Position numbers and translations under genes: made by a program. Below the pieces are notes generated by a model. It saw only the letters and a list, made by a program, of their open reading frames with translations. It did no database searches and had not been told where the DNA came from. This document shows, in pieces, positions 20,575 to 31,220 of a stretch of DNA of 64,000 nt; position 1 is the first letter of the stretch, and every line of letters begins with the position of its first letter. Source of the DNA: Candidatus Porifericomitaceae bacterium (GTDB taxonomy: Bacteria > Pseudomonadota > Gammaproteobacteria > Porifericomitales > Porifericomitaceae); contig OZ243038.1 in the NCBI GenBank assembly GCA_965212005.1, positions 1,601,440 through 1,665,439 of the forward strand, given 5' to 3'.

Positions 20575-20612
20575 AACAAAAAACCCGCGTCAGTCTTCAC
20601 TAAAGCGGGTTC
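20575..20612 (-). terminator. intrinsic terminator inside the metZ 5' leader (attenuator; possible SAM-responsive riboswitch expression platform)
   Basis: Minus-strand acccgc-N16-gcgggt followed by TTTTTTG, ending ~75 nt upstream of the metZ GTG; no upstream minus-strand gene for it to terminate. Confidence 0.45.
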
Positions 20613-20849
20613 CACTCTCTTTAGCGGTATTTCTAAAGCGCCCGCAAGCTGAAATCAAATCAGCGCTATGCCTATTAAGCTCTCCCCCGTCGCAAAGCAC
20701 CAACGGGCCGGAGCAAGATGATGTACGCTAGTTTAGACGCCGCTTACGGTTCTGTCAACTGGCTAGCTATTCTTAACCATGGTCCTCCCTGCAGGACGGT
20801 GGGACCGCGGCTGTCGGCAGCTCCTGTCTTAAGGGATTTACAATACAGC

Positions 20850-21653
20850 ATGATGTATGAACTGACATTCGGCATTACAGCCGCCTATTTGCTGATTGGT
20901 TTCATTGCCGGGGGAACGGCGGGATTGCTTGGATTAGGCGGCGGTATTGTCATAGTGCCGGCGCTGCTGTTTCTTTTTTTGCAGGATGATCGCATCCTGG
21001 ATGCACCGTTGATGCAGTGGTCTATAGCCACCTCGCTCGCGGCTATAGTTTTCATTGCCGGCGCTGCCTGTTGGGGCCATCATCGGCGCGGCACGGTGCG
21101 CTGGCCCGTGGTTAAAGTCCTGTTTCCGGGTATTGTGATCGGCAGCGTACTCGGCGCGCTGATCGCCGACCGGTTGCCCAGCAGGATGCTGCAGTCCATT
21201 TTCGCCGTGTTCCAGATATTGGTTGCGGTCCGCATCCTGCTGTATGTGCCCAAGCCTGTACGCCGCCGCTTGCCTGGCGTTGGGAAGATGATTTTCAGCG
21301 GTGGGATCATTGGGACCGTCTCTGCCATGCTGGGCATCGGAGGCGGGACACTGACGGTTCCTTTTCTGCTTTGGTGCAAGTTCGGCATGCGCCATGCGGT
21401 GGGTACGGCATCCGCCTGCGGCATACCAATTGCGCTGATTGGCTCGATCGTTTTGGCTGGGGCGGGTTGGCGGGCCGATTTGCCACAACCCGCGCTGGGC
21501 TATATTTATCTGCCTGCCGTTGCCTTTATTGTCGTTGGCAGCCTGCTCGGCTCCCGTACAGGCGTTCGGTTGGCGTATTGCCTGCCGGTATCTGTACTGC
21601 GCCGAATCTTCGCCATCGTATTGTTGCTGGTCGGCTTGAAGATGCTGATCTAA
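20850..21653 (+). CDS. sulfite exporter TauE/SafE family membrane protein
   Basis: 267 aa from the internal ATG; duplicated 4-TM halves, Gly-rich LGxGGG motifs. Confidence 0.8.
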   Translation: MMYELTFGITAAYLLIGFIAGGTAGLLGLGGGIVIVPALLFLFLQDDRILDAPLMQWSIATSLAAIVFIAGAACWGHHRRGTVRWPVVKVLFPGIVIGSVLGALIADRLPSRMLQSIFAVFQILVAVRILLYVPKPVRRRLPGVGKMIFSGGIIGTVSAMLGIGGGTLTVPFLLWCKFGMRHAVGTASACGIPIALIGSIVLAGAGWRADLPQPALGYIYLPAVAFIVVGSLLGSRTGVRLAYCLPVSVLRRIFAIVLLLVGLKMLI

Positions 21654-21701
21654 TCGGCGTTCCTTACTCAAGCCAGGCCTTGGTTGGGCAATAAATACAA
21701 T

Positions 21702-22964
21702 TTACCTGGAATCATCGTGGCGCAATAGAACGCCCATCAAAATACCCCTATCGCTGAGTTCGCCCAGCAGTGTGGTGCCTGAAGCTTCCGGCGGTGGCAG
21801 CCGCGCGCCCGGTGTGGCAATGTCAGGCAGGCCGTAGAAGGTTCCATCGAGAGTGCCTATCAGAGAATTGAATGCAGCACCGATCCCCATTCCGTTCATG
21901 GTGCGTAAATTGGCACGGAAACCATTGGTTGCAATTACGCCGTTTCTGAGCGTCAGCCGGATGAAATTCGAATTGGAATCGATGGGATTGCCATTGAAGC
22001 CGTTCAGGGAGGTCAGTAAGGTGTTGAGATTGCCCGTGCCGGTGCCGGAGTATTGTCCGCGAATTCCGAGAAACAGGTCTGCATCCTCGATCTGGCTCGT
22101 GGCGAAATTGGCCGTCAGATCCAAGTTGTTCAATACCAGGTATCGGTTGTTTGCATCGAAGGCAATCCCGCGCATGGATCCGCTGTAAACGGCGGAGCCA
22201 GTTGTCGGGATCTGATCTTCAGGCGTTGGCAGTCCGAAGTGCGCGATGCGCGCTTCGGAGAAACCGGTATATCCGCTCGCAGAGGCAAAATAGAAGTCGG
22301 CTGGATCTGCTATCCAAAGGCCCATCGCACTGTATTCAAGGCCATAGATCTGCAGCAACTCGTCGGTACTGCCATCTCGCGTAAACGTTTCCAGGAACGG
22401 AGCCGTTTCGTCATAGAGTGCCGAAGTATTGCCGGGATCAGTGAGAAAAACGCCCGCGGTTCGCAGAGAGTCCTCTGCGATGGAACTCACCTGCTGCAGC
22501 GTGGCTGCCTCGACAACGTTCGCACTTTGGGCCGCAGCGCCGCCGGTGGCCGGCGTGGCGCTCCCGGCAAGCTGAAGAGAGGTCACTTCGGATTCTCCGG
22601 GTTGATAAAACAGGTATGCCCTGTTCGCTCTGTTGGCTGGGACGTCGGGCCGGGTTCCTCGCAACGGATAATGCAGCCTCATGCCGGCACGGGGCGAGGT
22701 CAGTCTGCCCGTGTCGGTCACGGCACCGGGCCGCGTGACCATCGGGAGCGCTAGCGGCATGTAGGATGCTCCCGCTACGCAATCCGCGACCATTGTTTCC
22801 AGGCAGGGGGGGCTGCTCCCGCCGTTCCCGCCGTTTCCGCTGCTGTCGCCCCCTCCCCCTCCCAATGGCGAAGAGGAGCTGCCCCCGTTGCATCCGGCCA
22901 GCAACAACACGGCAAGCCCGGCAAACGTCCTGAAGCACTTCTTACTGTTTATGATCCTGTCCAT
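21702..22964 (-). CDS. surface lipoprotein with TbpB-like C-terminal beta-barrel (transferrin-binding-protein-like fold)
   Basis: Lipobox LLLAGC followed by a Gly/Ser-rich flexible linker (NGGSSSSPLGGGGGDSSGNGGNGGSS); C-terminal AVYSGSMRGIAFDANNRYLVLNNLDLTANFAT resembles the TbpB/fHbp handle-barrel pattern. Confidence 0.5.
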   Translation of the reverse strand: MDRIINSKKCFRTFAGLAVLLLAGCNGGSSSSPLGGGGGDSSGNGGNGGSSPPCLETMVADCVAGASYMPLALPMVTRPGAVTDTGRLTSPRAGMRLHYPLRGTRPDVPANRANRAYLFYQPGESEVTSLQLAGSATPATGGAAAQSANVVEAATLQQVSSIAEDSLRTAGVFLTDPGNTSALYDETAPFLETFTRDGSTDELLQIYGLEYSAMGLWIADPADFYFASASGYTGFSEARIAHFGLPTPEDQIPTTGSAVYSGSMRGIAFDANNRYLVLNNLDLTANFATSQIEDADLFLGIRGQYSGTGTGNLNTLLTSLNGFNGNPIDSNSNFIRLTLRNGVIATNGFRANLRTMNGMGIGAAFNSLIGTLDGTFYGLPDIATPGARLPPPEASGTTLLGELSDRGILMGVLLRHDDSR

Positions 22965-23515
22965 GATAGTCTGCCGCCCGGTAAATTTCCCACAGTATAT
23001 CAGCACCGAATGCTCGTAAGCGTTTTCCGGCAAAAACTACTTCCGGGGTCATGTGCATTGGCCGTTTATGAACAGCGAGTTAACCCGTGAATGGGAGAGG
23101 AAGCCGACTCATTCCTTTTTCTTTTTTTACAAATGAAAAGTCCGTCGGAAGAAAAGTGCCCACCTGACGGGACGTTGATAGCCATGTCCCGCCGCCTGCT
23201 AATCGGATCTTCGCGGGAGGGAAGATACCAGGCCTCAAGCAGGCGGCAGGATCGTCATCAACAAGCCATCTGTTCCAGTGATAGCGACGGCTCGTGGTCC
23301 GTACCAGGCAAGTGCGGAGGCAGAGCTTATGCTTGCCGGGCGGCAGGCCATCGGCGGGGCCGCCGCGTTCCCATCGCTGTTGCGCTGATTTTTCCCCGTA
23401 AAAGCAGGCTGCCGCCCGGCTTTTGATCCTCATGAGGCCGGCACTGATGGCGCATTTTACCTAATGATATCAATTAGTCAGTTCCTGCGGGCAGAAAATC
23501 CCCGGCGGTTGACAA

Positions 23516-23559
23516 GATAATAATGCTGAATTAGAGTGTAGTATATGATAATCATATCT
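23516..23559 (+). promoter_or_regulatory. two Fur-box-like sites overlapping a sigma70-like promoter (-35 TTGACA at 23509) of the porin gene
   Basis: GATAATAATGCTGAATTAG (11/19 to GATAATGATAATCATTATC) and gtatatGATAATCATatct containing the exact Fur core GATAATCAT. Confidence 0.35.
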
Positions 23560-23583
23560 ATTTGCAATAAGGGGATACTGTTG

Positions 23584-24849
23584 ATGAACCGCTTGACTGG
23601 AAATCGCTTGGCCACGGCCCTGGTTGCCACCTTCGTGTCGGCCCTGGTAGTGATATATGCGCCATCGGCTGTTGCCGCCAACCATGAAGAGATCAGCAAA
23701 CTCAACCAGACCATTCAACAACTCAAGCGTCAACTGGAAGCCTTGGAACAGAGACTGGAAGAACTCAGTGAAAGCGTCGATCAAAATGCGCAAGCGGTGG
23801 AGACTACTGCTGAAACGGTCGAAGAATACAGTTCCCAACCATCTGCTTTCGACAGACTGTCTATCGGCGGCTACGGTGAATTGCATTACAATAACCTGAA
23901 CGCTAAAGACAGCAGCAACGATAAAGAGCAAATAGATTTCCATCGCTTCGTGCTGTTTTTCGGCTATCAATTTACTGATCAATTGAAATCCGTTTCGGAA
24001 TTTGAACTGGAACATGCACTGGTGGGGGATGGCGAACCCGGTGAAGTGGAACTCGAGCAGGCTTATGTCGAGTATACCTTTAACGATCGCAACGCCGCCC
24101 GCGTCGGCCTCTTTCTGCTCCCGGTAGGCATCCTGAACGAGACCCACGAACCGCCAACTTTTTACGGCGTTGAGCGCAATAATATAGAGAACGTCATTAT
24201 CCCAGCGAGCTGGTGGGCTGGAGGCGCAGGCTACACTCACCGCGCTGATAACGGTTTCAGTCTTGACCTCGCTGTTCACGAGGGACTAAAAATTGGCGAC
24301 GTTGCCAATGCCCGTATCCGAAGCGGCCGGCAAAAAACCGCCGAGGCCGATGCGGATGATCTCGCTGCTACCGCCAGACTCAAATACACGGGATCCCCCG
24401 GTCTTGAATTGGCGGCAACGGTGCAGTATCAGTCGGATGTAACCCAGGAAAGCAGTGACGGTCTTGACGATGCCTACCTGTGGGAAGTACACGTCGCATT
24501 TAACCGGGGAAAGTTCGGATTGCGCGCACTTTATGCTGACTGGAATCTGGGCACCGACGAAGGCGCAGTCGGCCAGGCAATTGAAGACGCGGGCAGTGAT
24601 GATCAGCAAGGGTGGTACATTGAGCCATCTTTCAGGTTCACTGACACCTTCGGTGTATTTGCCCGCTATGAAGACGTTGAGGGAGGCCGCCTTCAGGACA
24701 GGTTTGATCAGTGGGCCGCCGGCTTTAACTACTGGCTTCACGACAGCGTTGTGCTCAAGGCAGATTACGTTGACCGCAACCACGACGAAGACAGCGAGGA
24801 AGCCCGCGATTTTGACGGCTTCAATCTGGGTTTTGGCTACAGTTTTTAA
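23584..24849 (+). CDS. outer-membrane porin with N-terminal coiled coil (DcaP / phosphate-selective porin O-P-like)
   Basis: Signal peptide ...SAVAA; heptad-rich coiled coil (KLNQTIQQLKRQLEALEQRLEEL); alternating-hydrophobic beta-strand region ending in GFGYSF (C-terminal aromatic). Confidence 0.6.
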   Translation: MNRLTGNRLATALVATFVSALVVIYAPSAVAANHEEISKLNQTIQQLKRQLEALEQRLEELSESVDQNAQAVETTAETVEEYSSQPSAFDRLSIGGYGELHYNNLNAKDSSNDKEQIDFHRFVLFFGYQFTDQLKSVSEFELEHALVGDGEPGEVELEQAYVEYTFNDRNAARVGLFLLPVGILNETHEPPTFYGVERNNIENVIIPASWWAGGAGYTHRADNGFSLDLAVHEGLKIGDVANARIRSGRQKTAEADADDLAATARLKYTGSPGLELAATVQYQSDVTQESSDGLDDAYLWEVHVAFNRGKFGLRALYADWNLGTDEGAVGQAIEDAGSDDQQGWYIEPSFRFTDTFGVFARYEDVEGGRLQDRFDQWAAGFNYWLHDSVVLKADYVDRNHDEDSEEARDFDGFNLGFGYSF

Positions 24850-24970
24850 TTTCGTGGATTGAACTGGTAAGTGCAACTCTACCGTGCCCGGTGAGAGGGC
24901 AAGTTGTGCCGGCACCGCAACTTTCTTAACCCGAACAAACTCAGGAGGAAGCAGGGAATGAGTATTATCC

Positions 24971-25588
24971 ATGAGTGGATTGCCCCATGACGTCTATGCG
25001 GACCAGCGCGCGCGTATCTGTATCGCTATCTGCGTTGCCGGCAGGTGCTTTGTGCGATACCCGAACCTATTAATTCGGCGCTGGCTTCTTTTTGTGATGG
25101 TGCCTGTCACGTGGATGGCTGGGCCGGCTTTTCCGGTGAACAGCGTTTATGAGGCGCCGGATGCGTTTGTCAGCCGTCATTTCGACGGTACGCCACCCAA
25201 ACCCGCCATGCTTTACCCGGATGCGGCGCTCAAGAAGGAGATTAAGAGCATATTAGGGCACAACTACCGCAAGTTCAGGATTCGGTATTGGCTGCAGGAC
25301 ACCCGCAGCGTCTGGATTTTGGAGGAGATCGGCAAGGAGCGACCCATCACTACCGGATTTGTCATTAATTCAAACGGCATTGAACAAGCGAAAGTGCTGA
25401 TCTTCCGGGAAAGTCGCGGCTGGGAAGTGAAATACGATTGGTTCTCTGATCAATTTACCGGTGCCACCCTGGTGTCGTCTTATAAATTGGACCGTGATAT
25501 AGACAACATTACCGGCGCCACCTTGTCCGTGCGCGCGATAACTAAACTGGCGCGGATGGCTCTGTTATTGCATAAGGCCGTCACCTGA
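24971..25588 (+). CDS. FMN-binding domain protein
   Basis: DNITGATLSVRAI matches the FMN_bind (NosR/RnfG-type) covalent-flavinylation motif. Confidence 0.7.
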   Translation: MSGLPHDVYADQRARICIAICVAGRCFVRYPNLLIRRWLLFVMVPVTWMAGPAFPVNSVYEAPDAFVSRHFDGTPPKPAMLYPDAALKKEIKSILGHNYRKFRIRYWLQDTRSVWILEEIGKERPITTGFVINSNGIEQAKVLIFRESRGWEVKYDWFSDQFTGATLVSSYKLDRDIDNITGATLSVRAITKLARMALLLHKAVT

Positions 25589-25593
25589 CGCTC

Positions 25594-26313
25594 ATGTTGC
25601 GTAATCTGCATCGCAGGATCGGTATCAGCGCTGTTGCCTTTTTATTGCTGTTTATAACGACGGGGCTGTTATTACAACACTCCTCCTGGTTTAATCTAAG
25701 TGATAAGCATATTGCGGCGCCGATTGCCGAGGCGCTGTACAAGGTCAGAATCAATACGATTAAGAACTACAAGGTCGGAGACCATTGGATTTCCCAGGCG
25801 GGCGCTTTGCTTTACCTGGATGCCGTGCCGGTAGCGGACGTCGAACTGAACAGCCTGCATGGTGCAATCGAAGATAATTCTTATCTCTGGATAGTGGGCG
25901 ACAATAAACTGCTGCTGCTGTCAAAACAGGGGGAAGTCATGGATAAACTCTCCGCCCTGGAAGGGCTGCCGGGCCTGGTGACGAGGATAGGCAAAGATAC
26001 GAAAGGCGGCGTCGTGATTGGTGGTTTGCACAATAATTGGCAGGCAGGCGAAGACTTGTTGGAGTGGCGGCTGCACGACCAAACGAGAGTCAATTGGTCA
26101 GGGGAAGGAGAAACCCCGCAGGTGCCCGCCCGGTTGCAGGCCGCCGTTTTCTCACACGCCCGCAACCACCTGATCACATGGGAGCGATTATTGACCGACC
26201 TGCACAGCGGGCGCCTGTTTGGCAAGGTCGGCGTCGTTATCGCCGATCTGGCTGCCCTGCTACTGGTGTTCCTCTCCGCCACCGGCGTCGTTCTGTGGCT
26301 TGGAAGGCGGTAG
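25594..26313 (+). CDS. PepSY-associated TM helix domain protein
   Basis: N- and C-terminal TM helices flanking a soluble region; typical partner of FMN-binding proteins (siderophore/iron reductase-like). Confidence 0.65.
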   Translation: MLRNLHRRIGISAVAFLLLFITTGLLLQHSSWFNLSDKHIAAPIAEALYKVRINTIKNYKVGDHWISQAGALLYLDAVPVADVELNSLHGAIEDNSYLWIVGDNKLLLLSKQGEVMDKLSALEGLPGLVTRIGKDTKGGVVIGGLHNNWQAGEDLLEWRLHDQTRVNWSGEGETPQVPARLQAAVFSHARNHLITWERLLTDLHSGRLFGKVGVVIADLAALLLVFLSATGVVLWLGRR

Positions 26314-27011
26314 GGAAATGCGTTACATGGCAACCGCCGCAGGCTGGGTCTGAATTTGCGAGCCTGTTATAAATCTTTCGTACAGAACAGAGGTTCCTGC
26401 AACGTCGACTGAAGGCTGCCACGAGCCGATCGGGGGTATCCGGGGGGGTCAGTGATAGGCACCGCACCGCCACTTCATCCTGGCCAGAGCTCGTTGGGCT
26501 TATCGGCACATGAGGCCGTGTGAGCTTCTTGCGCCGCCTGGTGCGCCTCCGGAGCCTGCTTTTGGCCCTGTTATGATTCGGTGGCCGTCCGAGTCTCGTT
26601 TGTTCTGGGGTAGATAATTGATTTTAATCAGAATTTATGAAAATTCACCCTGTCGAAACCCTCAATTTTACTGTGCGCTTGTAGAAACAGAATGATGATC
26701 TTCGGTGTTGCGGGGGCCTGGGCATGCCCTGGATTTCCGTACTTTTCCCCTCGCATTTTCCCCAGAATTCGGCTAAAATAGGCAGGTTAAGTCTCCTCAG
26801 CTATAGGTATACACACCCGGCCTGTTCCGGCTCATTTTCTAATAACTGATAGTGTTGTAGACGGCGAGGATGGGGGTGTAATGCCCTGTGTCTGGTTTTT
26901 GTGGCTTACCGTTATCGCAGGTAGCGGTGACTGTTGCGTGGTGCCTGGAGCCGACACGGACTAAAAACCTGTAACAAAGCCAAATATTTTGATCTGGAGA
27001 CTGACGGAAAA

Positions 27012-28835
27012 ATGGAGCAATTTGACAACACGGAAGAGCAATCAAAGCTGAAACTGCTGATTGCGAAAGGGAAAGAGCAGGGGTTTTTAACGTATCACGA
27101 AATCAATGATCACGTGTCCGATGATATCGTTGACCCGGAGCAGTTCGAAGACATCATCGGCACTATAAACGAGATGGGTATCTCGGTTCACGAGACCCCG
27201 CCCAACCTGGAGACCCTGATGAACGAGGGCGCCGGAGAGGATGGCACGAACCCTCCGGAAACTTCGCCACTGGCAAGTACAGGACATGAGTTGGGCCACA
27301 CTACGGATCCGGTTCGCATGTACATGCGTGAGATGGGCAACATTGATCTGCTGGACCGGGCAGGTGAAATTAAACTGTCAAAACGCATTGAAGAGGGAAT
27401 TAACCAGATGCTGAAGGCGCTGTGCTGCTATCCGGCAACCATCGCCACCTTGCTGGCCAGCTTCAGGGAAGTGGAGGCAGGTCAGATCAAGCTCGGGGAA
27501 ATGATTATCGGTTTGTTTGAAGAAAAGTCCCAGAAAAAATTACTTGCCCACAAGAAAGACGCTGCACGGGAGCGGGCACAGGCCTCATCGGAGCTGATCG
27601 TTATTGCCGCCGATTTGGTGGAAATCAAAGAAGTCAAGCGGCGTATTATGAGCATTGAAAGGCTGCATAAGCGGATGTTGAGTGCCCTTAGACGCAGGAG
27701 CTGGCCGCATCATCCGGAGGTTAATGATTTGCGGGAGAAGCTGGAGCAGAAATTCATGGGACTGCGACTGTCTTTGAAGTTTGTTGAGCGGTTGATCGCC
27801 GACGTGCGCGCAACGACGGAGTTCATCCGCAAACAAGAGCGGGAGATTATGCATATTTGTGTCAAGCAGGCCAGGATGCCGCTCAGCACTTTTAAGAGGA
27901 ACTTTCACGGGAATGAGACCGACTTGACTTGGACGAATACGATTTGCAGTTCCTCCGGAGCTTATGCCGATTTAGCACGACCGTTCCAGGATCAGATCGT
28001 GCGTGCGCAGAAGAGGATCGTCAAACAGCTTAAGGCAAAGCAGTTGAATATCGGTGAAATTAAAGAGATATACCGTAGATTGTCGGTAGGACGAGCCCAC
28101 ACGGGACGAGCCAAGAAAGAAATGGTGGAGGCCAACTTGCGCCTGGTGATTTCTATCGCCAAGAAATACACCAAGCGCGGCTTGCTGTTCCTGGACCTCA
28201 TTCAAGAAGGCAACATCGGCCTGATGAAGGCAGTGGACAAGTTTGAATACCGGCGCGGCTATAAGTTCTCGACTTATGCGACGTGGTGGATTCGCCAGGC
28301 GATTACCCGCTCCATCGCTGACCAGGCGCGCACGATTCGCATTCCGGTGCACATGATCGAAACCATCAACAAGCTCAACCGAATCTCCCGGCAGATCGTG
28401 CAGGAAAAAGGACGGGAGCCGACTCCACGCGAGTTGGCTGACCGCATGGAAATTCCGGAGGAGAAGGTGCGAAAGGTGTTGAAGATCTTTAAGGAACCGC
28501 TCTCCACCGAAACCCCGATTGGAGACGAGGAAGATTCGCGGCTTGGAGATTTTATCGAGGACGTAAACATTCAATCGCCCAGCGGGTCAGCCGATTTTTC
28601 CGGCATGCGTGAGGCCATCCAGGAAGCGCTGGGAAGTCTGTCCCCGCGCGAGGAAAAAGTGCTGCGTATGCGTTTCGGTCTGCAGATGAATACCGATCAC
28701 ACCTTGGAGGAAGTCGGCAAGCAGTTCAACGTAACCCGTGAGCGGATTCGTCAGATCGAGGCTAAGGCGCTGCGCAAGCTGCGACAGCCTGCCCGCTCTG
28801 AACAGCTTCGCACGTTCCTGATCCATCTCGGTTAG
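27012..28835 (+). CDS. rpoD: RNA polymerase sigma factor RpoD (sigma-70)
   Basis: [34 protein letters not shown] aligns with the E. coli RpoD N-terminus; regions 2-4 ([39 protein letters not shown]; C-terminal HTH). Confidence 0.95.
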   Translation: MEQFDNTEEQSKLKLLIAKGKEQGFLTYHEINDHVSDDIVDPEQFEDIIGTINEMGISVHETPPNLETLMNEGAGEDGTNPPETSPLASTGHELGHTTDPVRMYMREMGNIDLLDRAGEIKLSKRIEEGINQMLKALCCYPATIATLLASFREVEAGQIKLGEMIIGLFEEKSQKKLLAHKKDAARERAQASSELIVIAADLVEIKEVKRRIMSIERLHKRMLSALRRRSWPHHPEVNDLREKLEQKFMGLRLSLKFVERLIADVRATTEFIRKQEREIMHICVKQARMPLSTFKRNFHGNETDLTWTNTICSSSGAYADLARPFQDQIVRAQKRIVKQLKAKQLNIGEIKEIYRRLSVGRAHTGRAKKEMVEANLRLVISIAKKYTKRGLLFLDLIQEGNIGLMKAVDKFEYRRGYKFSTYATWWIRQAITRSIADQARTIRIPVHMIETINKLNRISRQIVQEKGREPTPRELADRMEIPEEKVRKVLKIFKEPLSTETPIGDEEDSRLGDFIEDVNIQSPSGSADFSGMREAIQEALGSLSPREEKVLRMRFGLQMNTDHTLEEVGKQFNVTRERIRQIEAKALRKLRQPARSEQLRTFLIHLG

Positions 28836-29389
28836 CAGCTTGGGCGCAAGGGCGGCTGTTCCGCTGGTGCGTCCCTCGCCTCTTCGCGGCTGAGAATACG
28901 CGAAACAGGGCCTCGTTTCCCGCGCGGTCGGCAATCTTGCCGCTGGCAGATCGCCACCGTGCGGAGTATCGTCGGTCGGAGTTAGTCAATGCTGCGCGCT
29001 CTCCACCTGCTTAACGCTGCCCTGCGGCAGGCCGATTACCCGGTTTACCGTCGGTACTGGTTACTGAAAAAGATGCCCTGGAAAACAGGCATCCCTGCAG
29101 CCGTGTTCCTGCATGGCATTGCGATTGCCGCGTTGGTGGTACTGCAGAATCTTCTTACGGAATCATCGATCGCGCACAGGGCACGGAGTCGGCTGCCATG
29201 GGAATCACGGCGGCGCACCGTGGGTACTGCCTGCTGTACGTTGTGATGATTATAATGCCTCTGACGGGGCATCGGCACCGGCGCAAACGCGGAATATTGC
29301 TGTATTTTCAGACATGGTGTGAGGTCCGAAACGGGAGATGCCCCGCCGACAGCGGAACATGAACGCGGCCTTTATGGGATTCGACAGGC

Positions 29390-29770
29390 ATGGATAAAAT
29401 CAAATTCAGCAAAGACCATCAATGGGTGCGTCTCGATGCAGCCGGCGTTGCCACCATCGGCATATCCAACCATGCGCAAGAGGAAATGGGCGACGTCGTG
29501 TTTGTTGAATTACCGGTCGTTGGGGATACAATAGAGCAGGGCAGGGCGGCAGGTGTCGTTGAATCAGTGAAAACGGCGAGTGACTTGCTTTCCCCCATCA
29601 GCGGATCGGTGGTTGAAGTCAATCCGGAATTGGAAAGCTCGCCCGGCTTGGTGAACCAGGACGCGCAGGGAAAGGGTTGGCTGTTCAAGGTTGATCCTTC
29701 GGACGTCTCGCAGTGCGACGTCCTGATGGACGAGGCAATTTACAGGGACTTCATCTCCAAGATCGAATAA
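29390..29770 (+). CDS. gcvH: glycine cleavage system H protein (lipoyl carrier)
   Basis: 126 aa; lipoyl-lysine motif ESVKTASD; HQW...IGIS N-terminus. Confidence 0.9.
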   Translation: MDKIKFSKDHQWVRLDAAGVATIGISNHAQEEMGDVVFVELPVVGDTIEQGRAAGVVESVKTASDLLSPISGSVVEVNPELESSPGLVNQDAQGKGWLFKVDPSDVSQCDVLMDEAIYRDFISKIE

Positions 29771-29843
29771 AGCGCCGCCTCACCGCAACCGGGCATATTC
29801 GCGTGGCGTTGTTCCGTTGCAGAATCGTCCCTGGGAGGAAATC

Positions 29844-31220
29844 ATGGAAGCGTTGTCTGATTTTGTCCATGTAGTGAACGACTATGTATGGGGCGCTCCC
29901 ATGCTGATCTCGATTGTCGGCGTTGGACTGTTTTTGACACTGAGCCTGCGCCTGATCCCGATTAGGAAAATCGGTTACGCTGCAGGCCTGTTATGGCAGG
30001 GCCGTACAGCTGACGGGGTTGGAGACGTCAGCGCATTCAGCGCGCTGATGACCTCGCTTTCGGCGACCATCGGAACGGGTAACATTGCCGGTGTCGCCAC
30101 CGCCATTGCGATGGGTGGGCCCGGTGCCTTGTTCTGGATGTGGGTCACCGCGTTGGTGGGCATGGCAACCAAGTACGCCGAGGCCGTGTGCGCCGTCCGA
30201 TACAGGGAGCAGGATGCCACCGGCAGGCAAATCGGCGGCCCAATGTACTACATCAAGAATGGCCTTGGCGCCAAATGGGCCTGGCTGGGTTTTTTGTTTG
30301 CCTTGTTTGGTTCTATTGCGGCTTTTGGCATCGGCAATACAGTGCAATCGAACTCGATCGCAGACGCGCTGGACGACAAGTTTGGAGTTTCGCCGCTAAT
30401 TACCGCCATCGTGCTGATGTCGCTGGTTGGCGCGGTCCTGATAGGCGGTATCAAGAGCATCGCCGCCTGGGCCGGCAGGCTGGTGCCGTTCATGGCTTTG
30501 TTCTACGTCGCCTTCGGGCTGGTCGTGTTGCTCATCAACGCCGTGGAAATTCCCGCCGCCCTTGTCTTGATTGTTAAAAGCGCGTTTACCGGACAGGCGG
30601 CAACTGGCGGATTTGCCGGCGCGGGGATTTGGATGGCCATTCGTTTCGGCGTGGCCCGAGGCGTGTTTTCCAACGAAGCCGGACTCGGCAGTGCACCGAT
30701 CGCGCATGCCGCGGCGAAAACCGACAGCCCGGTTCGTCAAGGCACCATTGCGATGCTGGGGACCTTCATTGACACCCTCATAGTGTGCTCGATCACCGGA
30801 CTTGCGATCGTCTCTTCCGGTGTGTGGTCCAGCGGACAAACCAGCGTGGATCTAACGGCGATGGCTTTTGATGCTGCTCTGCCCGGAGGTCAGTTCCTGG
30901 TGATCGTCGCGCTGGTGCTTTTTGCCTTCACAACCATTCTCGGTTGGAGCTACTACGGTGAAAAATGCTGGCAGTACATTTTCGGCGTGCGCAGCATCAT
31001 TTTCTACCGCGTGGCCTGGGTGATTGCGATCTTTATCGGGCCATGGGCCCTTACATGGGAAGGAGGTGCCAGGGAGGGAATCGATTTTATTTGGTTGCTG
31101 GCGGACACCTTGAATGCAATGATGGCTTTGCCTAACTTGTGCGCGCTGTTGCTTCTTTCTCCGGTCGTAATCAAGCTGACCAGGGAATATTATGCAAGCC
31201 GCCCCCGGGCAGTTTTATAG
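29844..31220 (+). CDS. alanine/glycine:cation symporter (AGCS family)
   Basis: ATG preceded by GGGAGG RBS; ~11 TM; MEALSDFVHVVNDYVWGAPMLI N-terminus typical of AGCS carriers. Confidence 0.9.
   Translation: MEALSDFVHVVNDYVWGAPMLISIVGVGLFLTLSLRLIPIRKIGYAAGLLWQGRTADGVGDVSAFSALMTSLSATIGTGNIAGVATAIAMGGPGALFWMWVTALVGMATKYAEAVCAVRYREQDATGRQIGGPMYYIKNGLGAKWAWLGFLFALFGSIAAFGIGNTVQSNSIADALDDKFGVSPLITAIVLMSLVGAVLIGGIKSIAAWAGRLVPFMALFYVAFGLVVLLINAVEIPAALVLIVKSAFTGQAATGGFAGAGIWMAIRFGVARGVFSNEAGLGSAPIAHAAAKTDSPVRQGTIAMLGTFIDTLIVCSITGLAIVSSGVWSSGQTSVDLTAMAFDAALPGGQFLVIVALVLFAFTTILGWSYYGEKCWQYIFGVRSIIFYRVAWVIAIFIGPWALTWEGGAREGIDFIWLLADTLNAMMALPNLCALLLLSPVVIKLTREYYASRPRAVL

Noticed and set aside
20934-21671. 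245-aa minus-strand ORF
   Set aside because: Antisense to the TauE/SafE gene; Arg/Gln/Asn-rich low-complexity translation.
23470-24279. 269-aa minus-strand ORF
   Set aside because: Fully antisense to the porin gene, which has a signal peptide, coiled coil and beta-barrel signature; no features of its own.
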